A DNA stretch of 64,000 nucleotides, taken from the NCBI GenBank assembly GCA_964016885.1, contig OZ024741.1:162812001-162876000 (forward strand), in the 5' to 3' direction. Shown piece by piece: positions 37,072 to 50,230 of the stretch. The stretch comes from Eledone cirrhosa (lineage: Eukaryota). The position numbers and the translations under genes were made by a program. Position 1 is the first letter of the stretch, and the number at the start of each line of letters is the position of its first letter. The notes beneath the pieces were generated by a model that saw only the letters and a program-made list of their open reading frames with translations, was not told the DNA's origin and did no database searches.

Positions 37072-38079
37072 ATGAATGCTCCAACAAATAGAAATAATGA
37101 AGTCAAAAACCCATTAATGTCAACCAATAGTACAAACCCTGTGCTTCAGCATGATATATCATATAAACATAGTTAAATAAAAGTTTATTCCAAAATATTC
37201 ATCAAATTCAAAACACTTCTCCCTCCTCCCCGCAAAAAGCATATATTTCTGCAACGACTTAATATGGCTTTGAAACTATTTCAGATGAATGGGTCGTCGT
37301 ACTTTGGCCAACCCAATCTGGTGAAAACTATTTGGATTACAGCAGGAAATGTGCAAGTTGGATATGATGAGTATATGAAGAGAACAACGAAATGGCTTAA
37401 ATCAGAATAGAAATTATGCCATAGAAGTTGCTCTTTTGGAGCTCACTATAAATATATGGTATTTCAACACTCACGCATACTAATATTCTTGAAGAAATTC
37501 AATCAGCTTTCTGATAAAATACCATACATTACGTTAGGTTCTAAATAGATTAAACATTTCCAAAAATAAAATATTTTCTATAGTTAATACCTCATCATTC
37601 AGATGATAACAGCATCAGACACAGCGTCAAACACGAGGAAAAACAAAACAAACTATTTCTATGTATAAAGCAAAACACTCATATTTCTATGTATATCAGT
37701 ACGTACAAAATGACATCTGTTTTGTGAAAATATGTCTTGCTAATTACACTAGCAACAGTTTTCAATTTTTTCTCTGACAACTTGACATCTTGGAGGAGGC
37801 ATCTTTAAATTTCTATTTGTTCCCAATAACGAATTCTAATTTTGTAGTAGGCATGTAAACACACACATTCACGACCATGTAAATACATACGTAAACACAC
37901 ATACACATGGATATATACGCACAAACAAATACAAGTGTATACACAAAGCGCATAAGTATATGAATTTATATATATATATATAATAAGCTCTGTAACCTAC
38001 ATAGAACATAACTAATAAGCTCTGTAACGTACATAGAACACTCTTTTTTCCTGGACCTTTCCGACGGAATTACTTCATT

Positions 38080-38173
<94 letters not shown>

Positions 38174-38199
38174 TATATATATATATATATATATATAAC

Positions 38200-38480
<281 letters not shown>

Positions 38481-38639
38481 GTTAAGTGTGTAGCAACAGT
38501 TACAGGCGGCGCGTCGTTCGAAGTACTTGATGCTGTTACAAGGTCCGTTTCGTTTGGGTTGTATTCCAATGTTACGGTTGTAGTGTGCAGAGTTTTAAGA
38601 GTCAAAGTCAGTGTTGCAGAATATGTACAAACTTTATTT

Positions 38640-38728
38640 GCATATCACAATATTTTCGATACCGATCAGCTCAGGGTACAATGGAGGTGACGAGGCCCGA
38701 CCCGTCTTCGATATCTCATCAGATATGC
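38640..38728 (-). ncRNA. Hammerhead-like motif with decayed cleavage triplet
   Basis: gcatat-CTGATGA-gatatcga...tcggtatc-GAAA-atattg-TG-atatgc. Confidence 0.5.
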
Positions 38729-38988
38729 GAGCTTATATGTGTGAAGACACATCTAAATATATATATGCCATTAGAAGTTATCAACGTAACTTTGACTAAA
38801 TACAATAGCTCACTGAATAGGACAAGGATGGGCATCGTTTTCTCATTCAGTGGGCTTATACTCCCCGTTATTATTAGACTATTTTATTTAGTCAAATCAC
38901 GGCGAGATTTTCTAATTCAATTTTCAATATCCGCTTGCCGTTTTATAAACATGCGCACTTTCTTTCTTTCTCTCTCTCTATATATATA

Positions 38989-39859
38989 CAAGGTGTGTCA
39001 GAAAAGTTCCAGGACTGATGTCACAAAATATTTATTTCAAACCCAAACTTCACACTAAGAGTTTCTCCTTCAAAGTAATCCCCCTGGAGTATGTAACTGT
39101 AATCTTAGCTCTCTGCAGCGATCAAACTTTTACTTCATAATTTTATATACATGTCCTCTGTTTCAGGTCGTCAAGAATGAGCACAGAGCAACGAACAAAC
39201 TTGAAAACTTCGTCAGAAGCACTGGGATTGTTGCAGCAAGTGTATGGAGATGAGAAGATGTCACGCTCACGTGTTTTTGAGTGGTGCAAGAGGTTTAAAG
39301 TAGGACGCGAGGACGTGGAAGATGACCCCAGGAGCGTAAGGCCCTCAACAACCAGCACTGAGGTCAACGTTGAGCGCGTCAGGCAGATGGTGCGTAGCGA
39401 TCGTCGGCTGACTCTTCGACTGATAGCAAATGAGCTGGGCATGAATCGGGACAGCGTCTGGAAGATTCTAACTGAAGATTTGGAGACGCGGAAAGTCTGC
39501 GCAAAATGGTGCCAAAGCTGCTGAACGATGACCAGAAGGGTCGATGCATGCAAGTGTGCCAGGACATCCTCGAGCGTCTTGAAACCGAACCAGACTTGCT
39601 AGGGACTGTCATCACCGGTGATGAGTCATGGATCTTCGAGTACGACACGGAGGGGACCCGTTATAAAGACGTGGACGACATTAAAAAGGCCGTGACGACG
39701 GAACTCCTTACAGGAGTGCATGCAAGCGTGGCAGAAAAGGATGTAAAAGTGCATTAGACTCCAGGGGGATTACTTTAAAGGAGAAAACTCTTAGTGCGAA
39801 GTTTGGGTTTGAAATAAATCTTTTGTGACATCAGTCCTGGAACTTTTCTGACACACCTC

Positions 39860-39860
<1 letters not shown>
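38989..39860 (+). mobile_element. Internally deleted mariner transposon with ~100-bp terminal inverted repeats
   Basis: TIRs 38989-39090/39758-39860 flanked by TA; HTH region, (W)VPKLL and ITGDESW. Confidence 0.93.
39177..39794 (+). pseudogene. Mariner transposase remnant (frameshifts, catalytic core deleted)
   Basis: VFEWCKRFK.GREDVEDDPRS.RPST; ITGDESWIFEYD; C-terminal KCIRLQGDYF. Confidence 0.9.
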
Positions 39861-39939
<79 letters not shown>

Positions 39940-39979
39940 AAGAATAACCAAAGAGTGCTTAGAAATACATTGTTTTATT

Positions 39980-40026
39980 AGCTAACAGTGTTTCATCCAT
40001 ACCCTATGGCATGAATCATCAGAGCC
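39980..40026 (-). ncRNA. Type I hammerhead motif
   Basis: ggct-CTGATGA-ttcatgcc/ggtatgga-t-GAAA-cactg-TT-agct. Confidence 0.6.
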
Positions 40027-40579
40027 TATAAACAAGAGTATATCAATAGTTGCATGCTCCATCGAGCTGCGTCACCAGAACAAGGTTAAAGGACGAGTAG
40101 GGGGGTCCCGAGGCCAGCGCTATATAGAAAAAGACAATACATGACACACATAATGTCATAAAATGTCATAAAAAATTACATCAACAATTACATCAAAAAT
40201 TTATCACATAAATGGTGCAATAGAGGATAAGGAGGTTGGGAGAGGGTGGCAAGGTGTTACTCAGCATGGTCAAAAACAATAAGAAAAACAATAAAAAAAC
40301 CAAAAAAAAGCAACAAAAAAAAAAACAAACAAAAAACAAAACAAAGCAAAACATAGATACATCAAAGCACAAGCAGCGCAAACACAGGATGTACAGGCAG
40401 ATTAAGAGAGCTTGCAAGCATGAGTCTGTGAGAAGAATAGTTGGTTAGCGATGGTGCAGCTTTACATGGATGATTGTCCATAGGAAGGATGGTGTACTCC
40501 AGTTATATCGCCTTGTAACAGGTCGATTCTCCGTATCATACATCTTAGTGTCTGGGCACATTGATATACTTGTTAACGA

Positions 40580-40652
<73 letters not shown>

Positions 40653-40821
40653 TTAGAAACTCACAAGAAATCCCCTCTGATCGTATTATGATTCTTCGTA
40701 TCTTTTATAGCGAAACAAAAAAAATAAAAAATAAAAACAAATATATATGTATGTACTGTATATATTATGCCAATATATGTATATATAGCGTATATCTTAT
40801 GTCGGGGTGTATATCGTTATA

Positions 40822-40980
40822 GTGGAGGTATGTACACTTTGATTATAATCAAAGTGTACATACCTCCACATATATGTACGTATGGGTTTACCGAACATTT
40901 ATTATTGTACGGCTTAAATCGGGCTGTTTGTTTACAAACAGACTTAACATTATAATAAATGTTCGGTAAACCCATACGTA
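40822..40980. repeat. Perfect 48-bp palindrome (40822-40869) followed by a hairpin (40877-40980) of the 52655-53855 family
   Basis: gtggaggtatgtacactttgatta|taatcaaagtgtacatacctccac. Confidence 0.9.
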
Positions 40981-41041
40981 CATATATATATATATATGTG
41001 CATGTACGTCTGTATACATATATGTATGTACGTATACATAC

Positions 41042-41116
<75 letters not shown>

Positions 41117-41278
41117 TTGGGGAGGGTCATATTATTATATATACGGTCTGAGTTCAAATCCGGCCGAGGTTAACTTTGCCTTTCATCCTTACGGATATTT
41201 GTTTCGACACACGATTTCATATAAAAAACCTCGCAAAACTAATATATATATATATATATATATATAGGAACCAGTAAG

Positions 41279-41372
41279 ACCCCGACGGCTGAGCTCAAGC
41301 CGTTTCGACGGCTAATTCTGGACTAAATGAAAATTTATCCTGGTATTTAAATAGCCGATCTTCTCAAGGGGT
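41279..41372 (-). ncRNA. Type I hammerhead with U3-A8 core (second copy at 43126-43219, plus strand)
   Basis: acccc-TTGAGAA-ga(t)cggcta...tagccgtc-GAAA-cggct tgagctc agccg-TC-ggggt. Confidence 0.72.
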
Positions 41373-41806
41373 AATTCCATATATGGTCAAAGTGATTGTC
41401 AAAAATCAGTAGTAATTCTGTGATTGCAAATTAGTAGGGGAGATGGTGGCTAAACCTGCTAGTAGGAGAAAGAGGGGAGGGGGTGGAGTAGACCCAATCA
41501 AGCGTTGGTAGTGCCAGCTACAGCTAGGCATGAGGTCAAAGAAGATACTGGGGAGGGGGAGGGGGAGGAAGTCGGAACGGTAGGTAGAACAATGGGGGGT
41601 AAAAATATATATGAAAGAAAAAATACTGAGAGTGAAGAAAAGCGAATAAGTGTAAAGAAAAGAGTAGAGCAAGTTCTACGACCTAGGTCTCTAGCTATTG
41701 TTAGGCTAGAATAAATAAATAAATAAATAAAGAAAGAAAGAAGTAAAGAAAGAAATAAAGAAATAACGAAATAAGTAAATGAACTAGGTGGGACGGAATA
41801 GGCAAT

Positions 41807-42014
41807 CTCACTTGGAGATTACTGTCCAGAGCCAATTCTTACACGGGAGGACGCCGTCCGTGCAATATATGCACGGAGGAAACTTTACAAATGTTGTTTC
41901 CGACGGACCAACTCCTAAACAAGAAAGATGAACTGGTTACTGCATGCAAACATAGATTGCGTAGGACTTACCTCGCCCTCAAACCCCATAATGACCCGGG
42001 GGGGGGGGGGGTAG
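41807..42014 (+). pseudogene. GIY-YIG endonuclease C-terminal remnant (absent from the ORF track)
   Basis: Manual translation LTWRLLSRANSYTGGRRPCNICTEETLQML...LLNKKDELVTACKHR parallels the end of ORF 50382-51578. Confidence 0.8.
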
Positions 42015-43490
42015 ACTAGGGCTATAACACCCCACTTGCCGATTTTGCAATGGGTAACCCCTGCTTGCCAAGGGAGAGTAAGATCTTCTTTTTATTCTTT
42101 TATCGCTTCCTTTATTTTCTTCCCCCCTTATCTCCTTAGTCCTTCTACCCCAGCTCTTCTCCTTTGTCGGCGTCTTTTCTCGCCCACCCGAGGCTGCCCT
42201 TTGGCCCCTTGTAGTCTTAGTACCCCCACCCCCTCCCCTAGTCTATGATAGATTTGGCGGACTCCGCCTTTTATAGCAGTTGGTTTAGACCCCGGATACT
42301 TGCCCCCTTTTTCCGACCGCTCCCACTATTCTCCGTGCCTTCTATATTTCTTAGTGGCACTTATGCCTTATTTTCTCGTTTCAGTACTTCTTTCTTCGCT
42401 TTTCTTTTGGGCGGGGTGGATTCTGAATTTATTTTTCCGTATTCTACCTTTACTTCGTACGAACTTTCATGTAGCTTGTTTTAGATCTTTTAGAGTTAGC
42501 ATTAGTATATTTTTTTTTTCGGGACTCAGAATTATTATCTCGTACTAGTTCACTTTGCTGCACTGGGTGGTTGCTGGCATTGTGCCCGGGATAGAAACCT
42601 TTATTATTTATTTCCTGGTAGTCTCTTTAGTATTTTGGCCCCTTTTGTTGACCCGTCACCGTATCATTTACGTACTTATACCTCTTAAAAGGGTCCTTGC
42701 CTATTCCGTCCCACCTAGTTCATTTACTTATTTCGTTATTTCTTTATTTCTTTCTTTACTTCTTTCTTTCTTTATTTATTTATTTATTCTAGCCTAACAA
42801 TAGCTAGAGACCTAGGTCGTAGAACTTGCTCTACTCTTTTCTTTACACTTATTCGCTTTTCTTCACTCTCAGTATTTTTTCTTTCATATATATTTTTACC
42901 CCCCATTGTTCTACCTACCGTTCCGACTTCCTCCCCCTCCCCCTCCCCAGTATCTTCTTTGACCTCATGCCTAGCTGTAGCTGGCACTACCAACGCTTGA
43001 TTGGGTCTACTCCACCCCCTCCCCTCTTTCTCCTACTAGCAGGTTTAGCCACCATCTCCCCTACTAATTTGCAATCACAGAATTACTACTGATTTTTGAC
43101 AATCACTTTGACCATATATGGAATTACCCCTTGAGAAGATCGGCTATTTAAATACCAGGATAAATTTTCATTTAGTCCAGAATTAGCCGTCGAAACGACT
43201 TGAGCTCAGCCGTCGGGGTCTTACTGGTTTCTATTACCCACTCTACTACCCCAAGTATTGAGTACTTTGGTGCGTTATGGTCCACCTGGTTCCTTACCAC
43301 ATTTCCTTCGTTATATATATATATATATATATAATTATATATTCGTGTACAGATATTTTTACACACACAATAACAAAATATAAACAAACGTATTTATTTC
43401 ACGCGGCTCGATAAGCATAAATATATATCAAATATATAAGAACCCTCGAGCAAATCCCGAGCAACGCCAGGCCATTCTGCTAGTATATAT

Positions 43491-43613
43491 AATAATTGTT
43501 TCTACTTTTGGTACAAGTCCAGCAATTAACCAATACATTACTGGTACTTTATTTTATCGACCCCGTAAGGATGAAAGGCAAAGTTAACCTCGGCCGGATT
43601 TGAACTCAGACCG
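43491..43613 (-). mobile_element. MetaSINE-like SINE, 5'-truncated
   Basis: Family match; a short inverted counterpart lies at 41145-41193. Confidence 0.8.
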
Positions 43614-43719
43614 TATATATAATAATATTAGGTATAAATAGAAGTTGCAGCCGCAACATAGCAGATACCAATCGAATTATTTCAGGCAGTCAAAAAGCAC
43701 TAAATGGTGGGAAATGTTC

Positions 43720-44370
43720 CCATCTTTGTGAACTGTCTCAGGCATTTCACATACGAATTGACCATACATTTCTTTCTTGCATCTATTCAATGTGTAATTC
43801 TGTCTGTCATGTTTAAATTCTCCCTTTTCCTTTGCTTCATCACTGTTTAGGACCTTTATCTTTCTTACTCCTAACATCAATCGCTCCTTTGAATTCTTTA
43901 CATACCATGCCAGATTATTTTCCTCTGACTTCACATACATTTCACAGTTAATGAGACCTCTTCCTTCTCTTTGTCGTGATAGATACAACCTGTCCACGTA
44001 AAGTTTGGAGTGTAGAGCCCCTAGTAGTGTCATCATTTTCCTGGTCTTTCTATCAAGCTCCTTAAATTCATCACATCTCCACTCTATCATACCAGCGCTA
44101 TACCTTAGCACTGCAACAGCCCATGTGTTGATATCCAGTATCTTATTCCTACCACTTAACTTCGTCTTTAGCACCAACTTCAGTTCCGTTTATATTCCTT
44201 TGATAATAGTTCTTTCATTTCCTTCTCTTTCATTTGGTCTGTTTCCAGGATGCTTAAGTACTTATACCCGTTGTCATCAATTTCCTTCATAACTTGTCTA
44301 TCTGGTAATACAATTCCTTCCATCATATCAATTCTACCACACTTCAGTAGTAGCACACTACACTTTTTAT
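43720..44370 (-). pseudogene. R4/Dong-clade non-LTR retrotransposon fragment (post-RT region)
   Basis: KLSGRNKILDINTWAVAVLRYSAG..W...LDRKTRK...ALH...VDRLYLSR..EGRGL. Confidence 0.8.
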
Positions 44371-44381
44371 GCCAACATTAG

Positions 44382-44613
44382 GGTGATAGATTAGCAGTAT
44401 CGACAGAGCGTCGGACACCCTGCTTCGCGGCATAGAGTTATGGCCCTTTGCGTTCTGATTTAAACTCCCGCCGCGGTTAACTTTGGCTTTCATCCTTACG
44501 GTGTCGATAAAATAAAGCATCAGTAATGTACGGGGATCGATTTAATCGACTTACTCTCCACCTCAAATTGCTGGCCTTGTGCCTAAATCTGAAACCATTA
44601 TTATTATTATTAT
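44382..44613 (+). mobile_element. MetaSINE-like SINE, longer variant with (ATT)n tail
   Basis: gctttcatccttacggtgtcgataaa...gctggccttgtgcctaaa. Confidence 0.8.
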
Positions 44614-45305
44614 TGTATGCAGTAAATATAGAAGTATCAGCAACAGAAGAAGTAGGTGTAGTCATAATGTTTGTTATAATTTTTCTTTTATGTTTATTTC
44701 TTTCAGATTACTAATAAATAATGCGGTTTTGAAAATGCAAAAATCAAACAGTTTTTAATTAAATGTCTATTCCTAGAAAATTCATCTACAGCTAGATTAA
44801 ATTCAATCGTAATAATTGTTTATTATATTAGTTATTTTGTTTATTTATTTAGTGGTTTCACTTCCTAACTGTTTTCTTTAATCTTATCGATAATCATATG
44901 TCTCTGCTATTTAAAAAAAATAAATTTACATACCACCACCACAAAGAGAAACAAATTATTTATTCTCTGATAGATAAACGAGAGATGCTTCTATGTCTGA
45001 ATAAAAACAGTTTTGTTACATATAGATTTTGTTTTATATAACTATTTATGTTTGTAGAAGACCAACAAAATAAGTTATTTTAATGAAACGATATTCTACT
45101 TTTTAGCTTCAAAGTGTTTGTGGCGATGTTAAAAAAAAACATTAATTTCACTGCGGTATGGGTTTCGAATGAGGATTATAGCTATGCAGATTATATTTGA
45201 ACATAAAGTAGCAAATTTCAAATAACCACAAACCTCCAGCCTAAGATTTGGATGATTAAAGGAGGGTGAGATCATGGTTAAATAAATGTATATGGTCAGA
45301 TAGAC

Positions 45306-45622
45306 CGGAGGTTCTCAAAGTGGGTGCTACGACCCCCGGGGATGTTGAGAATATCCAGGGGGTGCTGGGGGTTAGAGATGGTATAATAGTATATTAAATG
45401 TCAAATAATACATATATTTAGATATAGTAAAATAAAAAATATATATATTTATTTATAAAAAGGATATATTATATTATTAGTTATATATAAATTAGCGATT
45501 TTTAAAAATTATATATTATTTACAATTTTCGTGTAGGCAGGTCTCTCTAGAAATAGGGATGGGGTGCTGAGGGTATTACGTGGCCGTAAGTGGGCGGTGG
45601 CCCAACAGTTTGAGAACCTCTG
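45306..45622. mobile_element. hAT (Charlie-like) MITE
   Basis: TIRs cggaggttctcaaa / tttgagaacctctg; 8-bp target-site duplication agatagac/aggtagac. Confidence 0.85.
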
Positions 45623-46388
45623 AGGTAGACAAATATATATCTGTTAGACACGCAGTGATTATCAACAGAATGTTTTAAGTCTGCATGTCTGGCATATATG
45701 CGTAGCTTGTGAATAAAACACTCAAGGGGTTTCGCTGGCCGTGGTGATCCCTGCCAAACATCTTTTGTAATGTATCGTCTTATTGGCTAATTTCATCGTC
45801 TTATTGGCTAATCAACCAATGAGAGTAATTGTTGCTCAAAAGCATTCGCCACTTTGTTTGCACGTTTATTTATCGTTTCGCTTTCGAATCTTCCTCCTGT
45901 ATTTCGTCGTTTAACATCAAAATATTTTTCTCGTATTGGTAAGTTATATTGTTAATTTACATATGATTTTTTAAATTTATATTAACTATTTTTTTTCAGT
46001 TCGTTATAACATACTCATAACATTGGTTGTATCATATTTAGTTGTATATTTGTCCATATTATTGTTCGTTTTATGTTAGATTATTTTATTATTATTATGT
46101 TAGATAATTTTTTTATTATTATGTTAGAATATTTGTATGTAATATTTAATTTTTATTAATTCAACTATAACAATTATTATGTAAAAGGTATTTATTTAAT
46201 ATTGATTGTTTTTTGTAGTTGTTTATATTAAAAGTCTGAAAATATTTTTATACATCTTACAATAATATTTATAAGATCATTTATAAAATAACAATTATAT
46301 AATCTAATTACATTACAACGATAATTTATTATTAATATATATCATGTTTAACTAGAGTTATTACAAGCGTTACCTTAAAAAATATTAA

Positions 46389-46837
46389 ACTAGACCTGAA
46401 AAATGCGCAAGCTCAAAAGAGCCACAAAATGTTATAATAAACCTTCAAAAGTATGGGACTAGAGTTGTTGCTCAAAGATATTGAAATCATTATCTATTGT
46501 ACACTCTGTGGCATCCTTTTATAAAAAAGAGACTCATAACGAACTCAAGACGACACGATGATTATTTAAGTGAATTTCTAATATAGAATTCGGTTTAAGA
46601 GCATTTCGTATTAATCATTACTAAACATCTAATATGAAATATAGAACATTAGCTTAAATAATTATCGTGTCGTCTTGAGTTCGTTATGAGTCTCTTTCTT
46701 TTTAATAAAAGGATGCCACAGAGTGTACGATAAATAATGATTACAATATTTTTTAGCAACAACTCTAGTCCCACACTTTTGAAGGTTTATTATAACATTC
46801 TGTGGCTCTTTTGAGCTTGCGCATTTTCAGTTCTAGT
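46389..46837. mobile_element. Fold-back/MITE-like element with ~185-bp arms and ACTAG...CTAGT termini
   Basis: Arms 46389-46570/46653-46837. Confidence 0.75.
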
Positions 46838-48909
46838 ATATATATATATAATATATATATATAAAATATATATATATATATATATAAAACTCTAACGTTG
46901 AACTACTATTTCTCTTACGTATTTATATACAGAGAGTGAGGATTACCGAATCAATGGATGCTAGACTCTAAACCTAAGAGTTCAACGGGTTGTACGGATT
47001 CATCGATGGCACAACGTTAATTTCAATGGAGAAGAGGCTTATCCCTAAATATTTAAAGTAAAGTACAACAGCAACATGGAAACATAAACGAGTATTTCGT
47101 GAACTTGAAGTATTGTGTTCGATTCATTTGCCGGAATAAACATTGGCACTATAAATTCATGAAGATATGAAGTCGATGAGATTTGACACACCCACACACA
47201 CACCAATAACGCCCACATATCAGTACGCCTTTGTTTATATAAACAGTTTGGCATTCGTAATCACATTAACGTTTCATAGAAGTAAGAAAATACACCCTTG
47301 ATCGTTCAGATGCTGGTTTCTGAGTGAGAACGCTTTCAAAGGGTTGCCATTAGATAACGATTAAGGCTCATTCTCATTACTTTTTATTTATCTATTGTGA
47401 TGCATTCGTTAGGGCATGAAGTGTTTGTTTCGAATATGTAAGTTGTAAAAAGTGTCAAAATATAGTATGTAGATAAATCATCAAACAGAAAAACAGAAAA
47501 TATTATCGTCTGAGCTGAAGAGACTCCGTAGGTAGGTTAAATAAATGGGCTTGTATTCCAGAAAAAACAGAACCATCATCGCATAAAGCAATATTAGAAA
47601 TGTTAAAAAATCCCCCCCCCCCACCCACCAAGCAAACAAAAACAAGAGAATAAAAAATGAAACAAAACAGTACAAACGAAAGACCTTAACTGTATAAAGT
47701 AATACTAAGAGTGCTTTTAAAATGTTTATAAATGGTTTGTTTTCGAAGTTTGTGACACTTTAACTTATGTAGTTAGATCATTTATTTTCCCTTGTTCTCA
47801 TTTATAATTTCTAGCTGTGATCAATGGCTAGGGGAGGGATAACATAGGTCGATTGACTTACCTGTAACATTCTAAAAAAAATAATACCTTTGTGGTATTT
47901 GTGCTTTACGGACATGTTTCTTTATTTTTTTGTTTTTGTATTGTGATTGTAACGTGATTGCAATAAATTGCAGAAAAGAAAGGCAGGTGACATCAACCTA
48001 TTTTCGTAAAAGACAGGTTATATTTTGTTTTCACAATTTCAAGGCAGATAATTGAATCTTTAGGGGAATCTATTTCAGTTTAGTAGGACAGAGATAGGAA
48101 ATTTGGGATTGAATTTTGTAGAGTTCATAAGGAAATTGGTGGAATAAATTATCAGAGAAGGAATGATAAAAAACAATTAGGTACGCATGGTTATAAACAC
48201 ACAGGAATCATAATGTTGGATAAGGTAATGGAAACTATCAAGAGATACTGTTTGAAATTATTGGTTAAGCAAAAAGATTCTAATCTTTGTTAAATAAACG
48301 AAATCACATTATGACGATTAAAACAAAACAAAAAAACAAACGTTTACATTTTACTTGACATATAATAAATGAATCCTAAAATGAAAAGAAGAGAATATTA
48401 ATTTAAATAGGAAAGTAAGATCTCCAATATAGCGATAATTAGACGTTCCAAGTGTTATCAATAGATTGTATATTAAAAAAGGTGATAGTTGACGAGATTG
48501 TTGTAGAAAATATTTGCGGATTGGCATATTGAAAAAATAAAATATATTAGAATAAAACTAAAAGCAAAATAACCCTCCGTATGGTAGTTTTTTAGTTCTT
48601 TAGTTTATTGTAGATGCAAAGGCTGTGGTCATACTGCAGTACCACCTTCGCTGTACATAGGAAATATTTAAAAATCTTGAGAATTTAAGTATGATTGTAT
48701 CTTAGCTTTCAGTCGTAGACAAACCATTCTCAAAATTTGCAGTATTAGTGTTCTGCAGTAACAACAGTAATAATTCACATTCTGTCTTCGTCAACATCCA
48801 AAACATAACCTGAGTACGTGGATGAAGAAAATGACAATAGTGAAAGTATGATTGTAATGTCAAACTGATTGAGAGCAAATGCTGGGAATTACTGGTATTT
48901 ATGTTTCTA

Positions 48910-49922
48910 CTAGCTAAACTACCCGTCCTTTGGACGGTTCAAGTAGCTTTCGATGTAGCTCATTAAGCTAAACAAAGTAAATTTGAATGCATAGAAGAAA
49001 AACGTACTTTATATAAACATGAAAACCTTAGGCACTATTCCAGCGAAATAATTTTAGATAAATTTAAGCATAATATTGTAAAAGTTTACAATTTCTATAA
49101 GATTTTGCTATCTTTTATACTATGGAATCTTGGCGTGGTGGTGGTGATATGGAAATAAACGAAGATAAAAGGAACTTCAAACATCACTGGTGACAACTCG
49201 TTATATTATACTAAAAGAAGAGAAATAAATAAAGAAATATATAGAAATATATATTTTTGTAAATAAGACAATAGAACCGTGTGGAAATGGAAGCACCAAT
49301 TGAAACATAAGTTTTAAATCTCCGAAGCCGTTTATGAAAGTATTGAAGAAGACAAGAAAACACACTTCGATCTTCCGACGTGGAAGAGGCTCCTATCAGA
49401 AGAAACCGTCACCGAATCATCATTTTTCTTACCTGCTGTACAAACCTGGCTGGACACAGAACACTGCACAAACATTCTAATAGTTCTATAGAGTTATGAA
49501 ATAATACATATGAATAAGCCATAGATGACGAACATCATTAAGTAATGTCAGTTTCATGAGGAGATAAAACGCCTCCATCCTTTTGAAGGAAAAAAAAAAA
49601 AAATTAGTATATCCTGGAAAACTGTAAGTCCGGTATTGAAAAAAAAATCACAAGGGATCGACACTACAAATTCACTCCGAATTACGAAAGATAACTCTTG
49701 TCTTACTTAATCACGAAAATTCCCACAAATAACCGAAATTTTTTAATGTCTCCAAAGGCCCCAACATCGATTTTTGAAAGCCTTTGTAGATCATGTAAAG
49801 GCTTCTGTAAAAAATTTCAAAGAAATCGCATGAATAGTTTAGAATATATGAGCCCTCATTAAAAATTGTCCAGAAACATATGCACATACATACAGAAAAC
49901 TACAGATTTATATATATACAGA
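48910..49922 (-). mobile_element. Non-autonomous Helitron
   Basis: Minus strand A|TC...hairpin (ccgtcc ttt ggacgg on plus)...CTAG|T. Confidence 0.7.
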
Positions 49923-50230
49923 TATCTCTTTCGCAAAGTTTGAAACTAGAACACACACATACATATACGTATATAAAAATATTTATAAACTCACACATAG
50001 ACACACAAAATTGATATTTCAGAAATTCTTTTATTTTTTTACTTGTTTGGTGTATTAACCGAGTTTGTGCTGAAGCATCACATTGAAGGGATTTAGTTGA
50101 TTAGATCGACTCCAGTATTTATTTTTCAAGCCTGGTGTTCATCTTATATCGTTCTCTTTCTTTTTGTCGGGATATAAAGAACCAGTAAACGTAAACACAC
50201 ACATAGTTACAGAAAGACGCACATAGACAC

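Larger units (their letters stand above)
41265..43311 (+). mobile_element. 5'-truncated Naiad PLE with an inverted ~540-bp pseudo-LTR at its 5' junction
   Basis: Arms 41265-41805/42697-43233 near-identical; coding remnant in the spacer. Confidence 0.85.

Noticed and set aside
41406-43092. Identical ORF pairs on opposite strands
   Set aside because: Product of the inverted pseudo-LTR; no coding signature
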